A stretch of 64,000 nt of DNA from an uncultured delta proteobacterium (GCA_963769935.1 CAVYNY010000018.1:32001-96000); one strand, 5' to 3'. Positions 43,154-52,571 are shown, counted from the first letter of the stretch. A program made the numbers and translations. The notes: generated by a model from the sequence alone, not told the origin.

Positions 43154-43420
43154 GCTTTTCTTAGGAATTTACCCTGTTAAACCTTTTCTTACTTTGTTTA
43201 ACTGGGGTATGCCATATCTGACCCAGTATGTTATGCCTTTTCGCTCTTGCCATTGCTATATCGCTGTTTTTTGCTCCAAAAAGCTCAATATACCCCTGCT
43301 TTTGGGGGTACAAGTAAGCTCATTCTCTATAATTATAGCCTGTTAGCCTGGCCCGTCCCCAAATCTGGAAATGAGCAGGGCCGTAAGTGAATCGATATCA
43401 AGCGAGAGACGTGTCCCAGC

Positions 43421-44335
43421 TCAAAGGCCGGCAACGAATTGTCTAATCGTCTGTTTGACTGATCCGAGGTCTCCCCGATCCTCAATCGAGCCGTAGATGT
43501 CGCCACCAAGGTCTGCAGGCATCCTCGCACCCTTCTCACGAATCACAAGCACCTGATCTTTCCCCTTGGCTGCCGCGAAGTACCCCGCCTCGAACACAAC
43601 GTTGTCGCGAGGAGCAGCTTCGCGGCCGGGCCCTGGCAGGCCAAGGTCGTCGTCCTTGGTAAAGAGAAAGATCCCGAGCGAGGTGCGAGATCTGGCCTCA
43701 TCGATCTCCTCTAGAATCGTCCTTCCTGGCCTGAAGTCGCGCTGCCAATCCAGTACTGTCGCCCCCACCTCTGACTCGAGGAAGCTTCGAAGTTCGCCGG
43801 CGGTCGCCGATGCCTGACTGCAGTATCCAAAAAAGACATCCTTGCGGGCCCTCAATTGGTTCCCCCAGTGAGTCTTGAACACAACCTCAAACTGAGGAGT
43901 GTCGAGCCATGACTTGTCCGCATCATCGGGAAAGACGCCCACATAAGGACCAAAGGACATGTCAAACACCACCCTTCGCATAAGACGCTGTTGTGCCAGT
44001 ACCAAGAGAGGCAAGCCCAGGGTGCGTGCTAAGGCACCCTCATAATAACAATATTCAGTCGGTAAGAAGACCGGTCCGTCTGAGGCATGCAGCTCCCACC
44101 GAGGAAGCCCGATGATGGCCGCACCTTGACAATGTTGAGCGACTTCATGGGCAGCGGAAGCACTCCAAGCCTGTGGAGCAGACATCGAGTTACGACCAGT
44201 TGGATCGGTGAAGATCTCTGGTATGTATCCGAGCTGCTCGATGCGCTCAACCACACCCCACTTCAGATCATTTTCGTTATCGGTTAGCCAGGGATCGGCA
44301 GGCATACTGACGTAGATTCTTCGATTGACACCCAT
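43421..44335 (-). CDS. TIR-like nucleotide-binding domain protein (CAP12/Pycsar-type TIR) with unknown N-terminal domain
   Basis: DVFFGYCS, GIFLFTKDD, PRDNVVFEAGYF, MPADLGG; GGAGG RBS. Confidence 0.85.
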   Translation of the reverse strand: MGVNRRIYVSMPADPWLTDNENDLKWGVVERIEQLGYIPEIFTDPTGRNSMSAPQAWSASAAHEVAQHCQGAAIIGLPRWELHASDGPVFLPTEYCYYEGALARTLGLPLLVLAQQRLMRRVVFDMSFGPYVGVFPDDADKSWLDTPQFEVVFKTHWGNQLRARKDVFFGYCSQASATAGELRSFLESEVGATVLDWQRDFRPGRTILEEIDEARSRTSLGIFLFTKDDDLGLPGPGREAAPRDNVVFEAGYFAAAKGKDQVLVIREKGARMPADLGGDIYGSIEDRGDLGSVKQTIRQFVAGL

Positions 44336-44399
44336 TTCTACCTCCGTCGTCGTGATTTAGCGGGGCGCGGGTAAGCAGCACACTTTCGCGAGGAATAAG

Positions 44400-44544
44400 G
44401 GGCCGGATCGATTTTGTAATAGTGCGCTACTTTGTCAATGAGCGCCGGCAGTCTGACAGCAGTCACCTGCAGGCGATATCTTTCCTTCAACTGTTCATCG
44501 GCTTGCTTTAACACCCGTTGCATAAATTCTGACGAACCCAGCAT
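44400..44544 (-). pseudogene. REP-associated tyrosine transposase C-terminal fragment
   Basis: LGSSEFMQRVLKQADEQL...LIDKVAHYYKIDP resembles the RAYT C-terminal region. Confidence 0.55.
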
Positions 44545-44633
44545 CTATTCTGGCTTATGCGAGGCATAACGCCTATTTATCAGATCTCTATAATAATGCA
44601 AATATAGAAATAGAACGGATGTTCCCATTATCC

Positions 44634-44733
44634 CCCCAAGTGGGACTTTCACCTTCGGCGATCACCCACTGGGCAACATTATCAAATTTCACCTCCTTGG
44701 GAGGTTCCCAACGATTCGGGCTATGCTGGGCAC
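44634..44733 (-). ncRNA. probable group II intron 5' end (domain I start) remnant
   Basis: GTGCCCAGCATAGCCC...GGTGAAAGTCCC pattern typical of bacterial group II intron 5' ends; directly follows the gamma-CA stop and R''-like GCTGAAC. Confidence 0.5.
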
Positions 44734-44753
44734 GACCACTGCGTGGTTCGGCC

Positions 44754-45356
44754 CTATCGTTCAGCAATTATACAGTCATCAATGTGCGAACCAAGATTGT
44801 CAGATAACCGCTGGGTAATCTTTCGCATAGATGCTTCCGGTCGATCGAAACCATAAACCGTTAATGGAAAATTTAGCGGCTCCTGAATTTTCCATATCTC
44901 ATCGTGCTTATTAGGCGAAAATAACTTGGCTGGATTACCAACGGCAATCCAGCCTATCGGCACTACAACTCCGGGTTCGAGGTACGATTTTAAATGAACA
45001 ACGGCATTTATTCGAACCTGAGATCCTTTGCCCAAACGTGCGCTATGAAAAATTGCGGCTCCGGTTGCAATGAAGACTTCGTCTTCGACAGCGCATCCAA
45101 CCACATGTGCATTAGGACCGATTAGGCAATAATTTCCGATGGACGCTGAATGATCGGGATTGCTCCTTACAACCGCGTTTTCGAAAATAATGCATTGTTC
45201 ACCAATAACTATTTTGCCGCCCTCTGCAATAATCGAAGCTCCATGCATTATCCTGCAATTCGGACCGATGGTAACATCACCACAAAGTGTTGCGGTAGGT
45301 GCAACATAGGCTGATGGATGAACTTGCGGTTGTTTACCGTTATGTGAAAGAAACAC
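44754..45356 (-). CDS. gamma carbonic anhydrase-like hexapeptide protein (cassette)
   Basis: VHPSAYVAPTATLCGDVTIG hexapeptide repeats; AGGAGG RBS. Confidence 0.88.
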   Translation of the reverse strand: MFLSHNGKQPQVHPSAYVAPTATLCGDVTIGPNCRIMHGASIIAEGGKIVIGEQCIIFENAVVRSNPDHSASIGNYCLIGPNAHVVGCAVEDEVFIATGAAIFHSARLGKGSQVRINAVVHLKSYLEPGVVVPIGWIAVGNPAKLFSPNKHDEIWKIQEPLNFPLTVYGFDRPEASMRKITQRLSDNLGSHIDDCIIAER

Positions 45357-45374
45357 ACCTACCTCCTATTTTGG

Positions 45375-45437
45375 ACTGAACGTGCTGCTCAGGGGCAGCG
45401 TGGTTTTTACGCTGACACCTGCAGCAGATTGTTGGCC
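45375..45437 (-). other. integron attC site
   Basis: R'' GGCCAAC, CTGCTGCAGG / CCTGAGCAGC arms, R' GTTCAGT. Confidence 0.8.
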
Positions 45438-45946
45438 ATTCTCTTTTTTCCAATTTCAATTTTAAGAATGACTCCATTATGGTAATGAAGTCTGGCAAAA
45501 ACTCCCTCACGAAGGGCACCTCCGTGAGAATTGGTTTGTTTGTATCCAGGTGTTACATGAAAATAATTAATTTCAAATTCTTGACCTCCGACAGTAATAA
45601 CGTCACCAGCTGAATGCCCGCCAAAAGGCTGTTCATGAGTAACGTGAACGACACCCTCCGCAATTTGGCATTGCCCGTTACGAAAGACATCGAGCAATTG
45701 TTCAATGTCGGATGTGCCTATCCGCCATAGGGGTATATGCAAAAGTAACCACATAACACCCCAAAAGGTCATAAATACAGGCCCCCAGAGCTTCTTTGGA
45801 AATAGGCCTCGCGTCTTTTTGCGAAGTATTAGGCCAGTAATTCCAGCAATCAAAATGACGATGCCAATAACCAGTCGGAATATGACATCTGCCCGGATTC
45901 CATTTGTTCCAGCGGTTATTTCAAATATAGTGGTGAATTCGTTCAT
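45407..45946 (-). CDS. hypothetical membrane protein (cassette)
   Basis: Two TM segments; bounded by attC sites; reads into its attC. Confidence 0.7.
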   Translation of the reverse strand: MNEFTTIFEITAGTNGIRADVIFRLVIGIVILIAGITGLILRKKTRGLFPKKLWGPVFMTFWGVMWLLLHIPLWRIGTSDIEQLLDVFRNGQCQIAEGVVHVTHEQPFGGHSAGDVITVGGQEFEINYFHVTPGYKQTNSHGGALREGVFARLHYHNGVILKIEIGKKRMANNLLQVSA

Positions 45947-45956
45947 TATTAACTGG

Positions 45957-46085
45957 CTCCAACGTGGAAGTGAGGGGCCGGGCAGGGATTGCCTAAACTC
46001 TAAATAATGACCACAACCTGCTGAAAAACAATAATTGCAAAAATGGCACGGCTTTGCCCGGCCCCTCTCCACTGATTTGTTCTGC
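45957..46085 (-). other. integron attC site
   Basis: R'' GCAGAAC, GAGGGGCCGGGCA / TGCCCGGCCCCTC arms, R' GTTGGAG. Confidence 0.85.
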
Positions 46086-46088
46086 ATC

Positions 46089-46319
46089 TCAGTGAGTCTT
46101 AATATGGTTGTTAAATTTTTCCGCCAACTCCAAAATTGAAAGTTGAAGGCCTGCTATCTTTTGAATTGCCCAAGCTTGAAAAATTTCATCCTTACGATTC
46201 TTGTCATTAGGATGCTCTTCAATATACGATTGATAATGCGCATGGAATTCATAGATTAGGTCCTCAGTTTTTGCATCAACTCTTTTTAAACTTTCCGCTA
46301 ATTTATCAGCACTTGACAT
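46089..46319 (-). CDS. hypothetical protein (cassette)
   Basis: GGAG RBS; fills the space between two attC sites. Confidence 0.7.
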   Translation of the reverse strand: MSSADKLAESLKRVDAKTEDLIYEFHAHYQSYIEEHPNDKNRKDEIFQAWAIQKIAGLQLSILELAEKFNNHIKTH

Positions 46320-46343
46320 GTGTTCTCCCTTTAAATGTTGGTA

Positions 46344-46446
46344 GCAGAACCCGGGCGTGAGCAGCGGCCCACATGATATTCGAGTTTGCACGGCCTTTAC
46401 GAAAAAACGCGATCTTCACGCCGTCTGCTCAACGCATTTGTTCTGC
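46344..46446 (-). other. integron attC site
   Basis: R'' GCAGAAC, GCGTTGAGCAG / CTGCTCACGC arms, R' GTTCTGC. Confidence 0.85.
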
Positions 46447-46462
46447 AATTCCAAGCCCAGAG

Positions 46463-46699
46463 CTACAGTTTGTCATGCTTTTCAGGTTCAACATCAGGAA
46501 CTTTATCCAGTACAGCTTGATACTTTTTCCGTGATGCCCTCCTGGCTCTTTTGTTCAGATATTCCTCAGTCAGCAATGCCGTCATTTTTTCCGCAGTCGC
46601 TGAAGCAATGAACTGGTTTATAGAAATTCCCTCCCGTTGCGCCAGTTGTCGAATTTGTTCATGTAAAGAATTCGGTATTCGTAGGCTTAATGTACTCAT
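46463..46699 (-). CDS. HicB-like ribbon-helix-helix antitoxin
   Basis: MSTLSLRIPNSLH...EGISINQFI; ATGA overlap with the PIN gene. Confidence 0.85.
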   Translation of the reverse strand: MSTLSLRIPNSLHEQIRQLAQREGISINQFIASATAEKMTALLTEEYLNKRARRASRKKYQAVLDKVPDVEPEKHDKL

Positions 46700-47112
46700 T
46701 TTATAACTCCTATCTCTGAAAGAAATTCTCTTGGATCGAGAACCCTTAGGCCGAATCGTTCAATACCTTTAAAATCACGCTTATTGTAGGTGACAATTGC
46801 ATCGCATCCCGCTGCAACAGCAACCTCCAGCACATGATCATCAGACGGATCCGGCAAAAAAGGGCGCCAGAGAAAAAATATTTCTTGATGATGGCCAATT
46901 TTACATAGAAAATCTACGAAATTTCCTATGTCCTGTGATGTGATAGCAGAGGATTCCAGTCGCTTTAACGCATCCTCATACTCCAAAACCAAAGGGACTG
47001 AAATGGCGATCGAAAACTCATCGCTTGGTAGAACCGATACGAGCTTAAAGGATGCACCACGGCGGGATCTTAACGCTGAAACTAAAACATTCGTATCAAT
47101 CACAATTTTCAT
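46696..47112 (-). CDS. PIN-family toxin
   Basis: IVIDTNVLVSAL, EYE, DPSDDHVLE, VTYNKRDF. Confidence 0.9.
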   Translation of the reverse strand: MKIVIDTNVLVSALRSRRGASFKLVSVLPSDEFSIAISVPLVLEYEDALKRLESSAITSQDIGNFVDFLCKIGHHQEIFFLWRPFLPDPSDDHVLEVAVAAGCDAIVTYNKRDFKGIERFGLRVLDPREFLSEIGVIK

Positions 47113-47166
47113 GTGGTATTATATATCATACCAAAACGGGGTATTCAAGTGTAAAGTGACGTTTCT

Positions 47167-47270
47167 GCAGAACGTCTCGGGATGAGCTGCAGGCCACAGA
47201 GCTACGATTACCTCTGGACTTTACGCAAACCGCCTGCTTATTCCTGTCAGCTCAATCCCGCTTGTTAGGG
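47167..47270 (-). other. integron attC site
   Basis: R'' CCCTAAC, CGGGATTGAGCTG / CAGCTCATCCCG arms, R' GTTCTGC. Confidence 0.85.
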
Positions 47271-47298
47271 CGCACTTGCTTGTTGAGAATCTAGTGAT

Positions 47299-48159
47299 CT
47301 ACACAATTGCTAGGGGGTTAACTGGGCTCCCTACTCCTGAGGTTAGCGGTAAGGGCGTGACCACGAATAAGAATTCGTAAACCCGATCCGTAGCCAGTTG
47401 CGCCAATTTTAAGTTCTCTAATAGGTAAATACCCAAATCTCTTATAACGACAGGGTGAAACGAAAGTTTGTCGGGCGGTATAGTCCCCATAACTTCTACG
47501 CCGTGGTTATCGGCGCCCACCGCGACAATATCGTGTTGCTGTAGCCAGCTTGGGGTAGACATATCAAGCCCCGGCTCGCCGCTGTTGAACCGCTCCCGAT
47601 CTCGTTCAAAGAGTTTCATCCAACCCGTGTGAATCAGCAAAATATCGCCAGCGTGAATCTCAACATTTTGACTGGCCGCGCAGGCGTCCAGATCAGCGGC
47701 GGAAATAGGTTCTCCCACATCAAGATGCTCAACCCCTTTCCAACCGGCAATATCCAACAGTACGCCACGACCGACGATAGCCGGCACGTTTTCGATAGCG
47801 TTGCGGGTTCCACCGCCATCCGAACTGATATGGTCGGCCACGTCAAAGCCGTTGTAAAGTTGGTTATGGTACCAAACGTGACACAGCGCATCAATGTGAG
47901 TACCTGAGTGAGAGTGCATCATCACAATGTCGTCCGCCCAACCAAACGTTGGGTTGTTGCCATAGCGCGTAGTCTTCCAAGTTTTATGGCGACTTGGCCA
48001 CTGAGGGCCTTCGGCTTCCAAGGGCATTGCCAGGCTATAAACTTTGCCGGTTCTAACCAAACCGGCTGCTTGTTTTATCAAGTCTGGGGTAATGAGATTT
48101 AAAGTGCCTTGTTCATCTTCAGGACCCCATCGACCCCAATTGCTTAATTGATTTGTCAT
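47299..48159 (-). CDS. cyclase family (kynurenine formamidase-like) protein (cassette)
   Basis: NWGRWGPEDEQGTLN, HSGTHIDALCH, GRGVLLD, ENL, GSPVNP. Confidence 0.9.
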   Translation of the reverse strand: MTNQLSNWGRWGPEDEQGTLNLITPDLIKQAAGLVRTGKVYSLAMPLEAEGPQWPSRHKTWKTTRYGNNPTFGWADDIVMMHSHSGTHIDALCHVWYHNQLYNGFDVADHISSDGGGTRNAIENVPAIVGRGVLLDIAGWKGVEHLDVGEPISAADLDACAASQNVEIHAGDILLIHTGWMKLFERDRERFNSGEPGLDMSTPSWLQQHDIVAVGADNHGVEVMGTIPPDKLSFHPVVIRDLGIYLLENLKLAQLATDRVYEFLFVVTPLPLTSGVGSPVNPLAIV

Positions 48160-48250
48160 GGCATATGCTCTTTGAAAATAGATTTTGGAAAGAAATTATA
48201 TGAATACCCTTTAATATCAAGATTGCACAGGATAGATGATCATTTTAGCG

Positions 48251-48373
48251 CCCTAACGCCCACCATCAATGGGGAGCAGGGTTTACGGACTTCGCAAATG
48301 AGAGTTCAACACTAAAATACGCCAAAACCAAGGTGGCCCGCCCCTGCGAATCCAGTGAATGGTGATGTTAGCC
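48251..48373 (-). other. integron attC site
   Basis: R'' GGCTAAC, CACCATTCA / TGATGGTG arms, R' GTTAGGG. Confidence 0.8.
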
Positions 48374-48696
48374 TTCAAATTTTCCTTTTTTCAGCTCGAT
48401 ATCCTTGCATTTTATTACTCTATAGCCAGCATTCGTATCCATTTTGTAAGTTGTGGCTTCGTATTCATCCGCAGCTTTATGGATATCAAAATCCAAAATA
48501 GTTATTTGGCCAGCAAACGGTCCTTCATGAATTCGGTACTGATAAATATCTTTGAACTCAATACAGTATATTTCATACTTATGTGCATCCCAATCAATGG
48601 GGTAATCAACTTCGAAAATGAGTTTACTATCCAATGGGATTTCAATTATTCTTTTGATTACGAATCATGCCAATTTATTTCTGATATATCAGTCAT
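48368..48696 (-). pseudogene. hypothetical cassette gene with a 1-bp deletion near 48660
   Basis: ATG 48696 gives MTDISEINWHDS*; adding one base joins it to VIKRIIEIPLDSKLIFEVDYP; stop lies inside the attC R''. Confidence 0.55.
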
Positions 48697-49336
48697 GATA
48701 ATTCTACCGGGCTAACCAGTGATTGAGTGGTTTCTGTTTATCATCTTGCAATTAAATAATCCTGCCGGTTATGCAATATATAAAAAGCTGCAATATGACG
48801 GTTTTCAAACTGTTTAACATGCAACATTTCATGTTAGACGGATCCCGCTTAAATACACATTAAATCCTGTCTGGTGCTTTTGGTTAGCGTTTCCACTTTT
48901 CACTGGATGCCAAAAAATAACGGATAAAGATGAGATCATGCTCATTGTTTGTATTTGATACCGGCGGCTCATAGATTCGCCCAAAAGAAATCCCGCTCTC
49001 TTTTTGAGAAACGGGATTTTTTATTGCGCTGCATCATTTATTCTCCTTTGTCGGGTCAACGAAGGAAGGCAGATGTTAGCTCGAATTATAAGTTTTTTGT
49101 TGATTCAATATATTATATTGTACATCAAATCAAGCTCCGTTCGAGTATCGAGGCACAAAAACCGTACGAAAAGCTCCGGACGAGATGACGCCATCGAATC
49201 GAAAAAGATCAAAAAAATCAACATTGGCAATAAAATCCGGGATTGTTTTCGGAATGGCGGTGGAGCACTCCGCATGGGTAGCGCGGCAGGTACCTGCTCA
49301 ATATCAATTAATTGCCGCGGCCAGACCCCCGACCAC

Positions 49337-49699
49337 TTATTCCTTTAACCACCTGATGGCTTTATCAATATCGGAGAACACGGTGACCGTCACCCCCCGG
49401 TTGCGCGCAGCATTTTCGAAGAATTTGTCGGGTAAGATCTGATCTCTCCGTCCCAGCATGGCGATCTTGACAGAGTAAGGGATTGTCACCGCCCCATACT
49501 GGGCAATGTCGAACCGATTCATCACCGACATGTCACCTGCCATCGGCCTGCAATCAAACAGAACCTTCGCGCATTTTTCTCTCGTGCACGCCGCCACCAT
49601 TTCATCCACACAGCGCTTGGCAGCTTCAGGGCTGAACCGCCCCGAAAATGTGATGTGGATATAACCCTCGGCCTTTACGATATCGACAAAGTCAGTCAT
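49337..49699 (-). CDS. hypothetical protein (STAS/SpoIIAA-like)
   Basis: VLFDCR, FFENAARNRG, FSDIDKAIRWL. Confidence 0.75.
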   Translation of the reverse strand: MTDFVDIVKAEGYIHITFSGRFSPEAAKRCVDEMVAACTREKCAKVLFDCRPMAGDMSVMNRFDIAQYGAVTIPYSVKIAMLGRRDQILPDKFFENAARNRGVTVTVFSDIDKAIRWLKE

Positions 49700-49714
49700 G
49701 ATTATTCGCTCGTA

Positions 49715-49786
49715 GTCCAACGAAAAATGTTCAGCCGAAAAAAGAAGCGCCAGCTGCTTTTTGTCGGTTGGAACGGAATGTTAAGT
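49715..49786 (-). other. integron attC site
   Basis: R'' ACTTAAC (contains the upstream stop), GTTCCAACCGA / TCGGCTGAAC arms, R' GTTGGAC. Confidence 0.8.
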
Positions 49787-50098
49787 TTCATTATCGTCAG
49801 GTTTTGTCACCATTGCAATCGCCGCAAAAAATACCGCTGAAATTAATACTAAAATAGAACCCCCAATCAGAACAAAAAGAAGAGACCGCGCGTATAATTC
49901 GCCAATTATCGCCTTATCTAAAACTTCTTCGAGACCGGACAAAATAAAGAACAGAACGCCATACAATACTACGGGAAGAAAGGAATATCCGGCAAAAAGG
50001 CAGATGGCTTTGGGCTTCGTCACTTTCCCCCGCTTCAGGCGCTTAAATTGCCAGAAAAAAACACTTACGACGATAATAATTAGAAGCAAAAAAACCAT
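49781..50098 (-). CDS. hypothetical membrane protein (cassette)
   Basis: Three hydrophobic segments; stop lies in the attC. Confidence 0.65.
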   Translation of the reverse strand: MVFLLLIIIVVSVFFWQFKRLKRGKVTKPKAICLFAGYSFLPVVLYGVLFFILSGLEEVLDKAIIGELYARSLLFVLIGGSILVLISAVFFAAIAMVTKPDDNET

Positions 50099-50166
50099 AC
50101 TTAGACAATCACCTTATCCATATCCCTGTCATCGTGGAATTGAGGTGCGTGGAAATGCGTTAGCAT

Positions 50167-50472
50167 TTACACGTCATGCTCAAAGGACTTCCCCCTTGGT
50201 TTTTCAATAAGTCTTCCAGTTACGAACCGATGCAGAATGCTCGATATTAGCGTTTGATAAGGCATACCATCTTCAACAGCCATAGTTTGTAGCTCTTCAA
50301 GTACCATTGACGAAATCCGTATGTTTACCCGTTTGTCTTTTTTTAAAGTCTGACGAGCGTATCTTCTATGTTTTTCAATTTCTTGCTCAAGATTTTTAAC
50401 GGACTTCCATTCTCCTCTTTCATAGCTGTCAAGAATTTCCTTTTCTTCTTTATTAAGTTTTAATTTAGCCAT
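50167..50472 (-). CDS. BrnA/CopG-like antitoxin
   Basis: KKDKRVNIRIS...GMPYQTLISSILH; GGAGG RBS. Confidence 0.88.
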   Translation of the reverse strand: MAKLKLNKEEKEILDSYERGEWKSVKNLEQEIEKHRRYARQTLKKDKRVNIRISSMVLEELQTMAVEDGMPYQTLISSILHRFVTGRLIEKPRGKSFEHDV

Positions 50473-50473
50473 T

Positions 50474-50746
50474 TCATCCTCCCAAATAATCACGAGTTGC
50501 TTTACGGCTCGGAATTATGGTCTTTAAAAATTTGCCTTCTTCATCCTCAACAAATGAGACCAGATAAACATATTCTTTGATTTTAACAATCAGCATCTGT
50601 TCATTTGGGTACTTGGCTTGATTCGGATGCTCAACTACATCAATAAGGTCACCACGTTCAATGTGTAGTATCACTTGTTCGAAACCAACGCCGCGTTCGG
50701 CCTTAAGCTTTTCATTTTTTTCATGATTCCATTTATAATATGCCAT
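50474..50746 (-). CDS. BrnT family toxin
   Basis: WNHEKNEKLKAERGVGFE, FLKTIIPSRKAT; TTGACA promoter at 50782-50777. Confidence 0.88.
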   Translation of the reverse strand: MAYYKWNHEKNEKLKAERGVGFEQVILHIERGDLIDVVEHPNQAKYPNEQMLIVKIKEYVYLVSFVEDEEGKFLKTIIPSRKATRDYLGG

Positions 50747-50854
50747 AAGCAATAATTAAGCACGATGTGTGCCATATGTCAACACAATGATTGTGGGGTG
50801 AGGACGAAAGGGCACATGAATTGAATCCACCAAATCCCTTTTAAAATATGAATT

Positions 50855-50957
50855 AGCCACGAATGGACACGGATAACCACGAATTATGAGAATCGGCAAA
50901 AGCAAGGTCATTTATACCGAAAAATAAATTCGTGAAAATTCGTGTTAATTTGTGGCT
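50855..50957. repeat. CACGAA/TTCGTG short-unit inverted repeat element
   Basis: gccacgaatggacacggataaccacgaat ... attcgtgaaaattcgtgttaatttgtggc. Confidence 0.6.
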
Positions 50958-51223
50958 TTTTCAAACAGCTGGAATGTTATAAATAAGATGTGTTGTGCTT
51001 CCAGCAAATTGCCCCCAGACCTGCCGGCCGGATCCGGGCCAGCTGCACCTCGAAATTGCGAAAGCCATTGACACCGGCTACTAAGACCTTATAAACGACA
51101 GGCTATTCAGAGTTTGGATTTGAGCTTGGTTTTAGATTCAATTGGGGTATAAGATCATGTCTACAAAAAAGATCTTATAAACTGATTTGGTTGCAGTTGA
51201 TGGCCTGCATTGGGTGATGGACG

Positions 51224-52267
51224 ATGAAAAAAATTGTGATTGCACGCCCCGGCGGCTACCGTCGACTCGAAATTAAAGAATTTCCCGACCCGACGCCGAA
51301 AGAAGAGGAAGTCCTGGTGGAAGTTTCCGCCGCGGGGGTCAACTTCGCCGACGTCGTGATTCGGCAGGGGCTTTACAAATCTGCGAAGGACTTTGTCGGG
51401 TGGCCCATCAGCCCGGGTTTTGAGTTTTCGGGCAAGGTGTTGCAGTGCGGTTCGGGTGCACAAAAACTCGCAGAAGGAACCCCTGTATTCGGCCTTACAC
51501 GCTTTGGTGCGTATGCGTCCCATGTTTGTGCGCCCCGGCACCAGATTTTTCCGATTTCCAAAGACTCGAAATTTTCAGCCGACGAATGGGCGGCCTTTCC
51601 CACCGTATTTTTAACCGCCTATCATGGACTCTTTCAAAACATTGTGGTGCGTGAGGGGATGAACATCCTCGTTCATTCGGCCGCCGGGGGCGTCGGCGGC
51701 GCCCTGATGCAGCTCGGCAAAATCGCACATTGCCGGATGACCGGCGTGGTCGGCGCAAGCCACAAAGTCGATCCGGTTCGCGACCTCGGCGCCGATTTTG
51801 TCATCGACAAAAGCAGGCAAAATCTCTGGGACCGGGCAGAAGCCGGCTGCCCGGCTGGATTTGACATCATCTTCGACGGCAACGGCCCCAGCACTTTGAG
51901 ACAGAGCTACCGGCACCTGGCACCGACCGGCAAACTGGTTTCCTATGGCTTTCACTCTTTTTTTTCAAAAAAGGGCGGCGTCCCCAATTACTTCAAAATG
52001 GCGTTTCAGTACTTTCGCATGCCCAGGTGGAATCCGCTCAATATGACCAACGAGAACAAAAGTGTGATCTCTTTTAACCTGTCTTACCTTTTTGACCGGG
52101 CGGACTTGCTCGATGAGGCCATGCAGGATCTTTTAAAATGGGTCGCGGAAGGAAAGATCAAGCCCCCCAAATTGCAGCGTTTCGCCTACGAAAATGTTGC
52201 CGATGCTCACCGGGCGCTGGAGTCCGGCACAACGGTGGGAAAAGTGATTCTGACGTTTACAGGATGA
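51224..52267 (+). CDS. medium-chain (VAT-1/quinone oxidoreductase-like) dehydrogenase
   Basis: GVNFAD, PGFEFSG, LVHSAAGGVG, GKVIL. Confidence 0.9.
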   Translation: MKKIVIARPGGYRRLEIKEFPDPTPKEEEVLVEVSAAGVNFADVVIRQGLYKSAKDFVGWPISPGFEFSGKVLQCGSGAQKLAEGTPVFGLTRFGAYASHVCAPRHQIFPISKDSKFSADEWAAFPTVFLTAYHGLFQNIVVREGMNILVHSAAGGVGGALMQLGKIAHCRMTGVVGASHKVDPVRDLGADFVIDKSRQNLWDRAEAGCPAGFDIIFDGNGPSTLRQSYRHLAPTGKLVSYGFHSFFSKKGGVPNYFKMAFQYFRMPRWNPLNMTNENKSVISFNLSYLFDRADLLDEAMQDLLKWVAEGKIKPPKLQRFAYENVADAHRALESGTTVGKVILTFTG

Positions 52268-52571
52268 CAAAATGGGAACTGCCGCTTTCCCCGCAGTCCT
52301 CTTCGTCATGATCGAGCCTGGGTTGCCTTGTATGAGAGGATCGAAGGGAGCTTCATTTCAAAAATAAGGATTTTAGAACCACGATTTCACATTTTCATAT
52401 ATCCATCATTGCGTCCGGCCTGAATTTGGTGTAAAAGAAACCTTATATTTCACCGCTCCAAAAAAACTGACTGTGAGATAAAAGCCACTCCAATATTCTG
52501 AATTCTCACAACAATACCTGCAATGTTCTTAATAAACCATCAGCAAAACCAGGAAGCCGGTTTCAATTTCA

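Noticed and set aside
48720..49330. Expected position of an integron integrase
   Set aside because: No ORF with tyrosine-recombinase R-H-R-Y motifs; only short spurious ORFs
35849..50165. attC palindromes read as CRISPR repeats or terminators
   Set aside because: They differ in sequence and length, are separated by whole genes, lack U-tracts and have AAC/GTT core ends
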